DNA of 64,000 nt. Origin: Betaproteobacteria bacterium. Its GTDB lineage: Bacteria > Pseudomonadota > Gammaproteobacteria > Burkholderiales > SHXO01. The notes beneath the pieces are model-generated. The model was not told the origin of the DNA. It worked only from the letters and a program-made list of their open reading frames with translations, and did not search any database. The DNA lies in contig JANXRW010000053.1 of NCBI GenBank assembly GCA_025356655.1, forward strand, positions 5,518-69,517, written 5' to 3'. The translations under genes were made by a program, and so were the position numbers. Shown here in pieces: positions 13,546-24,007 of this stretch. The stretch's first letter is position 1; each line of letters begins with the position of its first letter.

Positions 13546-15402
13546 TCAGTGGATGAATCCAATGGAGATCCAAGGAACGGCGGCGACGAGGATGACCCCG
13601 GCCAACAGGGCGACCATGTAGGCCAGGATCGCGCCCATGCCCTCGTCCGGACTCACGCGCCCGATGGCGCAGGCGGCGTAATAGCCTACGCCGAAGGGAG
13701 GTGCGAAGAGCCCCATGCCCATGGAGAGGATGACGACCATGGCGTAGTGCACCTCGTGGATACCCAACTGGCGTGCCACGGGAAATAGCAGCGGACCGAA
13801 GAGCACGATGGCGGGGATGCCCTCGAGCACGCTGCCCAACACGATGAAAACCAATATGGACACTGCGAGGAAACCCGCCGAAGCGCCAGGCAACGAGGCC
13901 ATCAGCCGCGTGAGGTCCTGCGAAAACCCCGACTGGGTGAGCGACCAGGCCATGCTGGTGGCAGCACCGATGATGAGGAGGATGGCCCCCGAGAGCGACG
14001 CGGTCTCCACGAGCAATCCGGGCAGGCGCCCCCAGCGCGCTCCGCGGTAGAGCGTGACGCCTGCCAACAGGCAATAGGCGATGCCGATGGTAGACACCTC
14101 CGTGGCGGTGGCGACTCCCTCTACCACGGCGGCCCGGATCACGAAGGGCAGCGCGAGCGCCGGTGCCGCCGTCACGAAGGCACGCATTACCTGCGCCGGG
14201 CTGGCGCGCTGGACCTGGGACAGATCTTCCCCGCGCGATCGCCACCACACGACCAAGCTCAGGGTGGCCGCCAGAACAACGCCGGGCAGTAGTCCGCCAG
14301 TGAACAGCGCCGTGATCGACACCCCGGTTACCGAGCCGATGGTGATCAGCACGAGGCTTGGCGGTATGGTTTCCGTCTGGGCCCCAGTGGCCGAGAGCAG
14401 TGCCACCAAGTCGCCGCGCTTGGCGCCCCGGCGCTCCATCTCGGGAAACAAAACGGGCGCCACCGCCGCCATGTCGGCAGCCTTGGAGCCGGAGATTCCC
14501 GACACCAGGTACATGGATCCCAGCAGGACATAGTGCAAACCGCCCCGTACGTGCCCCAGCAGGCTTCCCAGGAACGCCACCATGGCACGCGCCATCCCCG
14601 TCATTTCGATGAGCAGGCCGAGGAACACGAATAACGGAACCGAGAGCAGAATGAGGTGCGACATCCCCTCCTGCATGCGTCCCACCACGAGCGGCAGCGG
14701 CACGTCCGTGGTGAGCGAGAGATAGCCCACCGTGGCCAGCCCGAAACAAAAAGCGATGGGAATTCCTGCTAACACGCAGGCGGCGACAACGCCAACGAAG
14801 AACACCAGCAGGTTCCAGTTGCCCAGCCCGTGCAACAGCGGCGCTAGACCGGCCAGAGCACCGGCCAGCGCGGCGGTGATCGCAATGGAACCCAGCACCG
14901 TAGCGCCCCGGAAACCCTGGAATAAGCGCAGCAGGGCAGTAAGGATCATCAGCCCCGCGCCCACGGGTAATGCGGCCGCCCTCCAGGCATTGGAGATCTC
15001 TAGCGCAGGCGTCGAAACCACTAATTCGTCGCTCGCAAAGTCCACTGCCGGCCCCTGCAGCAACAGCAAGAACAGCGCTCCCCCAGTAATGGTCAGTGCC
15101 TCGAGCAACTCCCGGGCCTGCGGCCCGCACCGGCCCACCAGCGCCGTCATGCGCATGTGCTCGCCACGGCGCAGCGCAACGACTGCTCCTAGCATGCCGA
15201 GCCAGAGGAACAGGATGGAAGCCAGTTCGTCGGACCAGACCAGGGGCTGCTGGAAAACGTAGCGCGCGACAACCCCAGCGAACAAGGTGAGGATTTCGCA
15301 TAGGACTAGGCCGGCGGCCAGGAACTCCACGCCGATCCCCAGGACGCGCTCCAGGCGCCCCGCCCAAAGCCGCAACATCACGCTCAGCCCCGCTCGTGCC
15401 AT
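13546..15402 (-). CDS. TRAP transporter fused small/large permease (DctQ-DctM fusion)
   Basis: ORF 13546..15585 was trimmed to the ATG at 15402 (MARAGLSVMLRLWAG...), with GGAGGA upstream. A DctQ-like N-terminus (FAGVVARYVFQQPLVWSDELASILFLWLGMLGAVVALRRGEHMRM) is followed by a polytopic DctM-like region. Confidence 0.85.
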   Translation of the reverse strand: MARAGLSVMLRLWAGRLERVLGIGVEFLAAGLVLCEILTLFAGVVARYVFQQPLVWSDELASILFLWLGMLGAVVALRRGEHMRMTALVGRCGPQARELLEALTITGGALFLLLLQGPAVDFASDELVVSTPALEISNAWRAAALPVGAGLMILTALLRLFQGFRGATVLGSIAITAALAGALAGLAPLLHGLGNWNLLVFFVGVVAACVLAGIPIAFCFGLATVGYLSLTTDVPLPLVVGRMQEGMSHLILLSVPLFVFLGLLIEMTGMARAMVAFLGSLLGHVRGGLHYVLLGSMYLVSGISGSKAADMAAVAPVLFPEMERRGAKRGDLVALLSATGAQTETIPPSLVLITIGSVTGVSITALFTGGLLPGVVLAATLSLVVWWRSRGEDLSQVQRASPAQVMRAFVTAAPALALPFVIRAAVVEGVATATEVSTIGIAYCLLAGVTLYRGARWGRLPGLLVETASLSGAILLIIGAATSMAWSLTQSGFSQDLTRLMASLPGASAGFLAVSILVFIVLGSVLEGIPAIVLFGPLLFPVARQLGIHEVHYAMVVILSMGMGLFAPPFGVGYYAACAIGRVSPDEGMGAILAYMVALLAGVILVAAVPWISIGFIH

Positions 15403-15506
15403 ACGTCTTTTCCTCCCCCCCGCGCTCCTGGCGCGATGTGCGAGGGTTGATTCTAATGCAAGCCGTCGCCTTGCACGACGAGCTTGCAAGGGGGGGCTCC
15501 GCGCGC

Positions 15507-16043
15507 TCAGAGTAGTCGAACCGGAGTCACCTCCACCGTGCGCGTGCCGTCCGTAAGCCAGGCCTGTGCATCTTGGATCGTGCACTGCAGTGCCATATTG
15601 CGCTGCACCAGGTCGCCCAAAGTTCCACCAGTGTAGTTATCCAACTTCCACACGGCGAGGTTGTTTTGGCGTCGCAACAGATCGGCGTTGGCTTGCCACC
15701 AGAGGTCCGTTACGCGACCGCCGAAGCTATACAGGATCACCTGCGCCGAGCGCCCGCAGGCCTTGCGCAGATCGCGCGGCTCGGGCTGCCCTACGTCAAT
15801 CCAGCATTGGATGGCGCCCGTGAGGTCTTTAGCCCAAATATCGGCTTCGTCCTCAGTGCCGAGGCCACGGCCAAAAAGCAGGGTCTCGCTGGCATTGAGT
15901 GCGAACGCCAGCAATCGCACCATCATCCGCTCGTCCGTCTCGGAAGGGTGGCGAGCGAGTGTGAGTGCGTGCTGCGCATAGTAGCCTCGGTCCATGTCCG
16001 CGATCTGCAGATCGGCCTTGAAAATGGTGGCCTTGAGGGCCAT
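15507..16043 (-). CDS. yaeQ: YaeQ family protein
   Basis: ORF 15507..16088 was trimmed to the ATG at 16043. MALKATIFKADLQIADMDRGYYAQHALTLARHPSETDERMMVRLLAFAL is a typical YaeQ N-terminus. Confidence 0.85.
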   Translation of the reverse strand: MALKATIFKADLQIADMDRGYYAQHALTLARHPSETDERMMVRLLAFALNASETLLFGRGLGTEDEADIWAKDLTGAIQCWIDVGQPEPRDLRKACGRSAQVILYSFGGRVTDLWWQANADLLRRQNNLAVWKLDNYTGGTLGDLVQRNMALQCTIQDAQAWLTDGTRTVEVTPVRLL

Positions 16044-16422
16044 GGGCGCGTCTCCCGGTGCAAGGTTGGGCGGCGCGCTCAGACACACCCGCCGTCGAAG
16101 GCCGTGACGCTACAGTAGCCCGGGGGCACTTGCAAACCCGCGGACCACGGAGCAAGCGCACCGGGCGCCGGTACCCCTCTGGCCCTGCGCCACACAGGTG
16201 CCCCACGAACGGGACGCCGAAGTGTGGCGGCCCTCGCGCATGCGCGCTCACCGAAGCGTGGCCCGCCGCTCAGGCGGGCCTTTGCACCTCCTGCGAAGAG
16301 CGGCTGGACCAACCGGCGGAGCCGCGGCGGGGCCGAGGGAAGGCGGAACAAGAACCCCTTGTTCGGGGTCTGCGCGGGGCGCCACCGCGTGCGCGCCCCT
16401 GAGCGACGGTGCGCAGCGCCAG

Positions 16423-17607
16423 CTAACCCTGCACCGCCTTCTGCGCGCGCAATTCCCCGATGGCCACATCGTCGTAGCCCAACTCCGCAAGTATCGCCAC
16501 CGTATGCTCCCCCACCGCCGGAATGGGCCCCATGCGCGGATCGAACTCCGCGGGCATGCCGGGGGGCAGGAACGCGCGGATGCTACCGGCCGGCGACTCC
16601 ACGTCCACCCAGCGCGCTCGGGCCGCAAGTTGCGGGTGATCCCACACGGCTTTCATGTCATTCACCCGGGCATTGCCGATCTTTGCGGCATCCAAGCGCC
16701 GGAGGATCTCCTCAGCGCCGAACCGGGAGAAGGCTTCCGTAATGATGCCCCGAAGCAGCGACCGGGACTCGGAGCGGCGCGGATTGGACGAGAAGCGCCG
16801 GTCGGTGGCGAGCGCTGGGTTCTCCAACACCTTCTCGCAGAAGATCGCCCACTCGCGTTCGTTCTGCAAACCCATCATGATCACGTTGCCGTCGCCGGCA
16901 GTGAAGGCGCCGTAGGGATAGATCGTGGCGTGATCGGCTCCGGCGCGCGGCGGTGGCGTGGACCCGTCGTAGGCATAGTAGAGGGGGAAACCCATCCACT
17001 CCACCATGCTCTCCAACATGGAGACGTCGATGCGACAGCCCTTGCCCGTCCTGCCTCGATGGATTAGCGCCGCCAGGATATTGCTGTAGGCATACATTCC
17101 CGCAGCAATGTCCACAATGGAGCAGCCCGCCTTAGCGGGCGTCTCGGGCGTTCCGGTGATGGACACCAGCCCCGCCTCGCTCTGCACGAGGAGGTCGTAG
17201 GCTTTCTTGTCCCGGTAGGGCCCGTCGGCGCCGTAGCCGGAAATGTCGCAGACGATAAGGCGCGGATGCCGCCCGTGCAACTGGTCGTAGGACATGCCCA
17301 GGCGGGCGGCCGAACCGGGAGCCAAGTTCTGTACCAGCACGTCGGCGCGCTCTAGCAGTCGCTCCAGAATAGTCGTCGCCTCCGGATGCTTGAGGTCGAG
17401 GGCAAGGCTCTCCTTGCTTCGATTGGTCCACACGAAGTGCGACGACTGCCCGCGCGTGCGCTCGTCATAGGCCCGGGCGGGATCCCCCACCACGGGGCGC
17501 TCGATCTTGATCACGCGAGCCCCCAGATCGGCGAGTTGGCGCGTGCAGAAGGGCCCGGCAATGACGTGTTCGAGGGCGAGGACGGTAATGCCTTCCAGAG
17601 GTCTCAT
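16423..17607 (-). CDS. CaiB/BaiF family (class III) CoA-transferase
   Basis: 394 aa. The N-terminus MRPLEGITVLALEHVIAGPFCTRQLADLGARVIKIERP is typical of family III CoA transferases. Confidence 0.9.
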   Translation of the reverse strand: MRPLEGITVLALEHVIAGPFCTRQLADLGARVIKIERPVVGDPARAYDERTRGQSSHFVWTNRSKESLALDLKHPEATTILERLLERADVLVQNLAPGSAARLGMSYDQLHGRHPRLIVCDISGYGADGPYRDKKAYDLLVQSEAGLVSITGTPETPAKAGCSIVDIAAGMYAYSNILAALIHRGRTGKGCRIDVSMLESMVEWMGFPLYYAYDGSTPPPRAGADHATIYPYGAFTAGDGNVIMMGLQNEREWAIFCEKVLENPALATDRRFSSNPRRSESRSLLRGIITEAFSRFGAEEILRRLDAAKIGNARVNDMKAVWDHPQLAARARWVDVESPAGSIRAFLPPGMPAEFDPRMGPIPAVGEHTVAILAELGYDDVAIGELRAQKAVQG

Positions 17608-17711
17608 AGGGATCCAGTGTGCAGGGGAGGGGCCGCCCGGGCTAAGGACACACCCAGGGCTGCCGGGTGCGCCGCGCGAGCATGCCAGCCGAACGGCAAT
17701 GCACTTCGGCC

Positions 17712-18464
17712 CTAAACGGTGCGCCCGCCGTCGACGGGCAACTCCACGCCGGTGAAGAACTCCGCCGCATCGCTCGCCAGGAACACCGCTGCCGCCGCCA
17801 CATCCGAGGGCTTGGAAAAGCGCCCGATTGGGATGGTGGACATGAACCGCGCACGGTTCTCTGGGGTATCGGGTACGCCCATGAATTGCTCAAAAAGTCC
17901 GGTCACGCCCATCACCGGGCAGATCACGTTAACGCGAATTTTCTCGGGCGCGAGTTCTACCGCCATGGACTTGGACAGGATGTTCACCGCACCCTTGGAG
18001 GCGTTGTACCAGGACAGCCCGGGACGGGGTCGGATCCCGGCCGTAGACCCGATGTTGAGGATCACGCCGCCACCGCGCTTACGCATGAGGGGTAGCACGG
18101 CGTGGGTCATGTAATAGATGGACTTCACGTTCACCGCGAAAACCCGGTCGAAGCTCTGTTCGTCCACCTCCAGCATGGGCTGATTCTTGTGCGTGGTGCC
18201 GGCGTTGTTGACCACCACGTCGGGGATTCCGAAGGTGGTCGAACAAAACGCCACCAGCGCTTCCATCTGCGCGCGGTTCGCCACATCCACGACGAAGGGT
18301 GCCGCCGCCGGGCCCAGTTCACCGGCGACGCGACGTGCGGCCTCGCCATCAAGGTCGGCGACGACCACGCGGGCCCCCTCCTGCACGTAGGCTGCGGCGA
18401 TCCCCTCGCCAAAGCCCCCTGCAGCGCCCGTCACGATAGCAATCTTGTTCTGCAACTGGTTCAT
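17712..18464 (-). CDS. SDR family oxidoreductase
   Basis: ORF 17712..19193 was trimmed to the ATG at 18464 (MNQLQNKIAIVTGAAGGFGEGIA). It shows the TGxxxGxG, NNAG and YNASK motifs. Confidence 0.9.
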   Translation of the reverse strand: MNQLQNKIAIVTGAAGGFGEGIAAAYVQEGARVVVADLDGEAARRVAGELGPAAAPFVVDVANRAQMEALVAFCSTTFGIPDVVVNNAGTTHKNQPMLEVDEQSFDRVFAVNVKSIYYMTHAVLPLMRKRGGGVILNIGSTAGIRPRPGLSWYNASKGAVNILSKSMAVELAPEKIRVNVICPVMGVTGLFEQFMGVPDTPENRARFMSTIPIGRFSKPSDVAAAAVFLASDAAEFFTGVELPVDGGRTV

Positions 18465-18484
18465 GGTCACTCTCTCCCGCAGCG

Positions 18485-19918
18485 TTAGCCGTGATAATGC
18501 ACGAGGGTCTTGGTGGTGCTCATCTCCTCGAGCGCGATGAAACCTTTCTCGCGCCCGTGGCCGCTTTTTTTCATGCCGCCGAAGGGGAGTTCCACACCAC
18601 CGCCCGCACCAAATCCATTGATGAAGACCTGCCCGCAGCGCAGGGCCTTGCCCACGCGCTGTTGGCGTCCGCCGTTCTCCGTCCACACCGCCGCCAGCAG
18701 CCCGTAGCTCGTCCCATTGGCGAGCGCGATCGCGTCGGCCTCGTCCTCGAAGGGCATGGCGGCCAGAACGGGCCCGAAGACCTCCTCGTGGGCCAGTGCG
18801 TCTTGCCGTGGGACGTTGCCAAAAAAAACTGGCTGCACATAGTATCCGCCCGCAGGCAACTCGGCAGCCAAGCTGCCTGTGGCCAGCACGGGGAGCCCGG
18901 CCGCCCGGGCATTGTTCACGTAACGGTTCACCCGCTGATGCTGAGACGCATTGACCAGCGGGCCGCAGTCGAAATCCATTTCGGGCGTGCCTACCCGCAC
19001 CTTGGCAAGGAGTTCGGCCACCCGCGCGACCACCTGCTCGTAGGCCTCTCGCTGGACCAGCAGCCGGCTGCCTGCGGTGCAGGTCTGCCCGGTGTTCTGG
19101 ATGAAGCCACGAACAATAATGGGGGCGGCACGCTCGATGTCCGCGTCGGCGAACACCACGTGCGGAGATTTTCCGCCGAGTTCCAGAACACACTTGACCG
19201 CGTTGCGCGCGGTCGCCTGCTGCACGAGCACGCCCACCTCGTTGGACCCGGTGAAGGTAAGGAAGTTGATACCGGGGTGGGCGGCCAGTGCCGCGCCCGC
19301 CTCCTCCCCATAGCCGCTCACCAGATTGAGCACGCCCTCGGGGAACCCCACCTCGAGCGCAAGCGCTGCGACGCGCAGCGGCGTGAGGCAGGCGTCCTCC
19401 GCCGGCTTCACCACAGCGGCGTTGCCCATGGCCAGCGCGGGAGCGATGGAGCGGCCGAACATCTGAGCTGGATAGTTCCAGGGGATGATGTGACCCGTGA
19501 CGCCCAGCGGCTCGCGCAGGAGCGTGACGCTGTAGCCGTTCAGAAAGGGGATCACCTCGCCGTGCACCTTGTCGGCGGCGCCGCCGTAATACTCCAGATA
19601 GCGCGCCAGAACCTGGATGTCGTTGCGCGCCGTGGTCATGGGCTTGCCCGTGTCGCGTGCCTCTAGGAGCGAAAGTTCCTCGGCGTGATCGAGCACTTTC
19701 TGGCCCAGCCGCTGCAGCAATCGGCCACGCTCAGTAGCGGTGAACTTTCCCCAGGGGCCCGCCAGAGCCGCCTGCGCGGCGGCCACCGCGAGGTCGATGT
19801 CGGCCGTCCCACCGCGAGGGATCTGCTCGAAGGGCTTGCCATCGACCGGCGACAACACCTCGATGGTCCGGCCATCCTGCGCGTCGGTCAGGCGACCGCC
19901 GATGATCATCTTTGCCAT
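18485..19918 (-). CDS. NAD(P)-dependent aldehyde dehydrogenase
   Basis: ORF 18485..19981 was trimmed to the ATG at 19918 (MAKMIIGGRL...). ALDH motifs are VLELGGKSP, the catalytic Cys region GQTCTAGSR, and EEVFGPVL. Confidence 0.9.
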   Translation of the reverse strand: MAKMIIGGRLTDAQDGRTIEVLSPVDGKPFEQIPRGGTADIDLAVAAAQAALAGPWGKFTATERGRLLQRLGQKVLDHAEELSLLEARDTGKPMTTARNDIQVLARYLEYYGGAADKVHGEVIPFLNGYSVTLLREPLGVTGHIIPWNYPAQMFGRSIAPALAMGNAAVVKPAEDACLTPLRVAALALEVGFPEGVLNLVSGYGEEAGAALAAHPGINFLTFTGSNEVGVLVQQATARNAVKCVLELGGKSPHVVFADADIERAAPIIVRGFIQNTGQTCTAGSRLLVQREAYEQVVARVAELLAKVRVGTPEMDFDCGPLVNASQHQRVNRYVNNARAAGLPVLATGSLAAELPAGGYYVQPVFFGNVPRQDALAHEEVFGPVLAAMPFEDEADAIALANGTSYGLLAAVWTENGGRQQRVGKALRCGQVFINGFGAGGGVELPFGGMKKSGHGREKGFIALEEMSTTKTLVHYHG

Positions 19919-20108
19919 TTCATGCACTCCGCTAAAGTATCGCGCCCCCTCTTTCCCGCCCGTTTTTCCGCCCGCCCTCACCCGCGCAAAGGACCAGCAC
20001 TCGCGGGGATCGATTGATTATCTTACGTCGCGGGGCCCTCGTGCCGGGGCTCCGCGCGGCAGCGGTTCCCCGGGGGCGAGCGCGGTCAGCGCCCGCGCGC
20101 CCGACGCC

Positions 20109-21029
20109 CTACTGGTGCGAGTACATGAGTTTGCCTGGGACCTCGAGTTCGGCTTTGAGGATGACACCCGACTCTGCTTCGGTGATGTAGAGGCAGTTGC
20201 GATCGGGCCAGCCGAAGGCCACGTTCGTCGTGTGCCGTCCGGCGCAGGAGCGCACCCGGTAGACCGGCTCCCCATCGGCGTCAAAGATCCAAACGCTGCC
20301 CAGCCCGACGTGCGCCACCGCAAGTCCGCCCAACTCGTCCAGGGCTAGGCCGTCAGGGCCACCGCCGCCACCGGATAACTGGATGTAGAGGCCGACTTTA
20401 GCCACGCCGCCCGAGCGGTTGAAGGGTACGCGCCAGACGCAGTTACCCCGCGTCACGGCGAGGTAGAGGATAGTCTCGTCGCGGTTCATCACCAGCCCGT
20501 TGGGACTGGGGACGTTATCGAGCAGGCAGGTCACCTCGCCGTCTGGCCGAACGCGGAACAGCCGGCCGGTGGGGTCGTGCAAGCCCGTGAGACCCTGGTC
20601 GGTAAAGTACAGATCGCCGTTGGCCGCGAAGAAAAGATCGTTAACGGCCTTGAACCGTTCCAGGTTGGCCCGCTCCAGATAGGGGGTGACGCGCCCGCTG
20701 GCGGGATCGAGCAGCATGATCCCATGCTTGTAGTCGGCCACGAAGATGCGCCCGTCACGGTGGAATTTAAGCCCGTTGGGCCAGCCGTCGTATTCGGCCA
20801 GAAGGTGGAACTCGCCGTCGCGTGTGACCTTGAAGATACGTCCCGCCGCGATGTCCACGCAGTGCAGGTTTCCCTCCCGGTCGAAGGAGGGGCCCTCGAG
20901 CAGGGACCCGCGGTGGGTTCCATAGGGTTGCCCGTCGCACCACGCATTGGGGACGTCGCCCAACTGATAGCGCTCGGGCAGGCTAGCAAAAACGGTCGTC
21001 GGTATATCCCGGGGCGGGGCGTAGAGCAT
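20109..21029 (-). CDS. SMP-30/gluconolactonase/LRE family protein
   Basis: 306 aa with a beta-propeller lactonase-like pattern (EGPSFDREGNLHCVD, PNGLKFHRDGRIFVAD, PNGLVMNRDETILYLAVT, GPDGLALD). Confidence 0.85.
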   Translation of the reverse strand: MLYAPPRDIPTTVFASLPERYQLGDVPNAWCDGQPYGTHRGSLLEGPSFDREGNLHCVDIAAGRIFKVTRDGEFHLLAEYDGWPNGLKFHRDGRIFVADYKHGIMLLDPASGRVTPYLERANLERFKAVNDLFFAANGDLYFTDQGLTGLHDPTGRLFRVRPDGEVTCLLDNVPSPNGLVMNRDETILYLAVTRGNCVWRVPFNRSGGVAKVGLYIQLSGGGGGPDGLALDELGGLAVAHVGLGSVWIFDADGEPVYRVRSCAGRHTTNVAFGWPDRNCLYITEAESGVILKAELEVPGKLMYSHQ

Positions 21030-21037
21030 GGAGGGTC

Positions 21038-22315
21038 CTAGTTGGGTCGGGTGACCACGATGGCGTCGCGGGTCAGGGTCAGCGAGATAACGGCACCGAG
21101 CACGAGCAGGGCACCGGCGATGCCGAAGGCGGCGTCGAAGCTGCCCGTGGCCTGAATTACGTAGCCGGTCAAAATAGGCGCCAAGATGCCGAAGGCATTG
21201 CCACCCATGATGAGAATCCCCATTGCGGCACCGCTGTGGCTGGGCTCGCGCAACAAGTCGTTCACCAGCGCGAAGTTGTTGGAGATTGCACTCGCCATGC
21301 CCGTGAGCGACAGAGTGAACAGGGTCAGCAATATCCAGATGTTGTCCACCAGGGGCGCAAAAAGGATGACCGAGGAGCTGAGTAACATGACCACCACCAT
21401 GTTACGTCGCCGGCCCCCGCGCACCCCCTCTCTGGCGAGCAGGCGATCGCTGACGCGCCCCAACCCGATACCCAGCAGCATGGCACAGGCATAGGGCACC
21501 GCCGTATAGGCGCCGGTCTTGAGGATGCTCAGATGGCGCGTGGTCTGCAGGTAGCCCGGCAGCCAGGTCAGAAAGAGATATTGGGTATACACGGCGCAGC
21601 CCTCCGAGAGCGCCAAGCCCCACATGCTGCGGTTTCGCAGCAGGGCCAGCACCGCAAAACCGCCGCCGCCGGAGAACGCTGCCGGCGGGGCATCGCGCTC
21701 GCGCAGGATGTGGTCACGCTCAGCCTCGTCGAGCCAACGAACTTTCTCCGGGCGGTCAAACCAGCGCAGCCACGCTGCGAGCCAGAGGAAGCCGATGGAT
21801 CCGACTAGGGCAAACCCGAGCCGCCAGCCCACCAGACTCACCAGCCAGGCCACCACCAGAGCCCCGAAAGCCGGCCCCGCCTGTGTACCTGCCATGAAGA
21901 TCGCGTTCACCAACCCGCGCTCGCCTGCTGGAATCCATTCCCTGACCATCCGGCCACCTGCGGGAAAGGTGCTCGATTCCCCCGCCCCCATGATCAACCG
22001 TGCGCCCACCAGAGTTGCATAGTTCCAGGCCCCTCCGGTGAACACGGTGATGAGCGACCAGAGCGTGATCCCACCTGCGTTGACGATCCGGCTCCCGAAC
22101 CGATCCACCAGGATCCCCATGGGGATCAGGCACAGAAGGTAACTCCACAGGAACGACGAATGCAGATAGCCCATCGCCACGGGGGAAAGGCTGAATTCCT
22201 TGGCGATCGCTCCCCCAGCCACCGACAGCGCGACTCGATCGGTATAGTTGATCATGGCTAGCGTGAACAGAAACACACTGATCCATCCGCGCCGAAGTCC
22301 GGTCGGCATGCTCAC
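21038..22315 (-). CDS. MFS transporter
   Basis: 425 aa and polytopic. It has the MFS loop motif (VDRFGSR) and ends 8 nt from the lactonase start. Confidence 0.85.
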   Translation of the reverse strand: MSMPTGLRRGWISVFLFTLAMINYTDRVALSVAGGAIAKEFSLSPVAMGYLHSSFLWSYLLCLIPMGILVDRFGSRIVNAGGITLWSLITVFTGGAWNYATLVGARLIMGAGESSTFPAGGRMVREWIPAGERGLVNAIFMAGTQAGPAFGALVVAWLVSLVGWRLGFALVGSIGFLWLAAWLRWFDRPEKVRWLDEAERDHILRERDAPPAAFSGGGGFAVLALLRNRSMWGLALSEGCAVYTQYLFLTWLPGYLQTTRHLSILKTGAYTAVPYACAMLLGIGLGRVSDRLLAREGVRGGRRRNMVVVMLLSSSVILFAPLVDNIWILLTLFTLSLTGMASAISNNFALVNDLLREPSHSGAAMGILIMGGNAFGILAPILTGYVIQATGSFDAAFGIAGALLVLGAVISLTLTRDAIVVTRPN

Positions 22316-22491
22316 TCCTCCCTCGTCTCAGTTGGCGGACCTCGGTGGGTGGGCCCGCTCAGGACTGGGATACTTCCACGCCGGAGGCTGCGACGTCAAG
22401 AAACGCCCGCGCCGCAGCCCCGACCTAGGTCAAACCCGCGGCCGCCCTCCGGGCGCAACATGACGGGCATCCATGCCAGAGGCTTTGGGAG

Positions 22492-23979
22492 ATGAGGAAG
22501 ACGATGTTCGACGCAGCCGAGTTGGGTCACAAGGTCTCCAAGCGCGACTACGCGGAACAAGCGCCTATCCTCAGGGAAGCGCTTCTGAAGGCCCAGTACG
22601 CACTTCTTGCGAAGCCCGAGTTCCCGGTCATCCTGGTCATCGGCGGCGTCGACGGTGCCGGCAAGGGCGAGACCGTGAACTTGCTCAATGAGTGGATGGA
22701 CCCGCGCTACATCCTGACGCGCGCCTTCGGCGAACGCTCCGATGAGGAGTCCGAACGTCCACCCATGTGGCGATACTGGCGCGCGCTGCCGCCCAAGGGC
22801 CGCATCGGGATCCTCTTCGGCTCCTGGTACACGCAGCCCATTGTTGACCGCGTTCTGGGAAACACGAAGGAGGGGGAGTTCCGCAACGCGCTCGACGGCA
22901 TCGAAAAGTTTGAGACCATGTTGGCGGCCGACGGGGCCCTGATCCTGAAGTTCTGGTTCCACCTCTCGAAGAAGGCGCAGAGAAAGCGCCTCGACGGCTT
23001 GGAGGCCGATGCCCGGACACGATGGCGCGTCACCCGCCTGGACCGGGAACGCTTCAAGATCTATGACCAGTTCCTCGCCGTATCCGCGACCGCGCTCGGC
23101 CAGACCAGCACCGGAGCAGCCCCCTGGAGCTTGGTGGAGGGGGCGGACGCCAACTACCGCTCACTCATGGTGGGCCGCCTGCTCCTCGAATCACTGGAGC
23201 GTCGGCTCGGAGGCGCGCCAAGGGCCGCGGCCTTGACCCCGCCCCCGCTCGAGCCGCGGGTGGACGGGCGTAACCTGCTCAAGGCCTTGGACTACGGCCA
23301 GCGCCTCTCGGAGGCGGCCTACCGGACGGCGTTGGAGTCACTACAGGGCAAGCTAGCGCTGCTCACCCGACGACGGGCCTTCCAGCGGCGATCGCTCATC
23401 ATCGTCTTCGAGGGGCAGGACGCCGCCGGCAAAGGCAGCACCATCCGCCGCATCACCCAGGCACTTGACGCCCGCCACTATGACGTGATCCCGGTAGCCG
23501 CCCCCACCGAAGACGAGCGCGCCCACCCCTACCTGTGGCGCTTCTGGCGCCATTTGCCGCGACGGGGAAGAGTAACCATCTTCGACCGGTCCTGGTACGG
23601 GCGGGTACTGGTGGAACGCGTAGAGGGATACTGCGCAGCCGGTGACTGGATGCGCGCTTACCACGAGATCAACGAATTCGAGGCGCAACTGGTGGAGCAC
23701 GGGGCCATCGTCCTGAAGTTCTGGCTGGCCATCACCACGGAGGAACAACTGCGCCGCTTCCACCTGCGTGAAGAAACACCCTTCAAGACCTTCAAGATCA
23801 CCGAGGAGGACTGGCGCAACCGCGAGAAGTGGGACGCCTACGAGCGAGCTACCTGTGACATGGTCGAGCGTTGCAACACGTCGATTGCTCCCTGGCATTT
23901 GGTCCCGACCGAGGACAAGCTCTTCGGCCGCATCGCGGTCCTGCAGCACATCCATGACACACTGAACGCTGCCCTCTGA
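22492..23979 (+). CDS. pap: Two-domain polyphosphate kinase 2 (polyphosphate:AMP phosphotransferase type)
   Basis: 495 aa with an alternative start at 22504. It has two PPK2 repeats, each with a Walker A-like GxDxxGKG (IGGVDGAGKGETV and FEGQDAAGKGSTI). The second half resembles Acinetobacter PAP (RFWRHLPRRGRVTIFDRSWYGRVLVERVEG, FKITEEDWRNREKWD). Confidence 0.85.
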   Translation: MRKTMFDAAELGHKVSKRDYAEQAPILREALLKAQYALLAKPEFPVILVIGGVDGAGKGETVNLLNEWMDPRYILTRAFGERSDEESERPPMWRYWRALPPKGRIGILFGSWYTQPIVDRVLGNTKEGEFRNALDGIEKFETMLAADGALILKFWFHLSKKAQRKRLDGLEADARTRWRVTRLDRERFKIYDQFLAVSATALGQTSTGAAPWSLVEGADANYRSLMVGRLLLESLERRLGGAPRAAALTPPPLEPRVDGRNLLKALDYGQRLSEAAYRTALESLQGKLALLTRRRAFQRRSLIIVFEGQDAAGKGSTIRRITQALDARHYDVIPVAAPTEDERAHPYLWRFWRHLPRRGRVTIFDRSWYGRVLVERVEGYCAAGDWMRAYHEINEFEAQLVEHGAIVLKFWLAITTEEQLRRFHLREETPFKTFKITEEDWRNREKWDAYERATCDMVERCNTSIAPWHLVPTEDKLFGRIAVLQHIHDTLNAAL

Positions 23980-24007
23980 GCGAAGCACGCGCCGTCGAGG
24001 GCCCGCT

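Noticed and set aside
13466-15367. A 633-aa ORF overlapping the TRAP permease gene on the same strand in another frame.
   Set aside because: Its composition is extremely Arg/Gly/Pro/His-rich and non-membrane-like. The alternative frame (13546..15402) gives a convincing DctQ-DctM polytopic protein.
16260-16280. A perfect 8-bp GC hairpin (GGCCCGCC-GCTCA-GGCGGGCC) between yaeQ and the CoA-transferase gene, considered as a terminator.
   Set aside because: The short T run (TTTG) is on the plus strand, where no gene ends. On the minus strand, downstream of the CoA-transferase operon, no U-tract follows. It may still be a stabilising stem but is not a supported intrinsic terminator.
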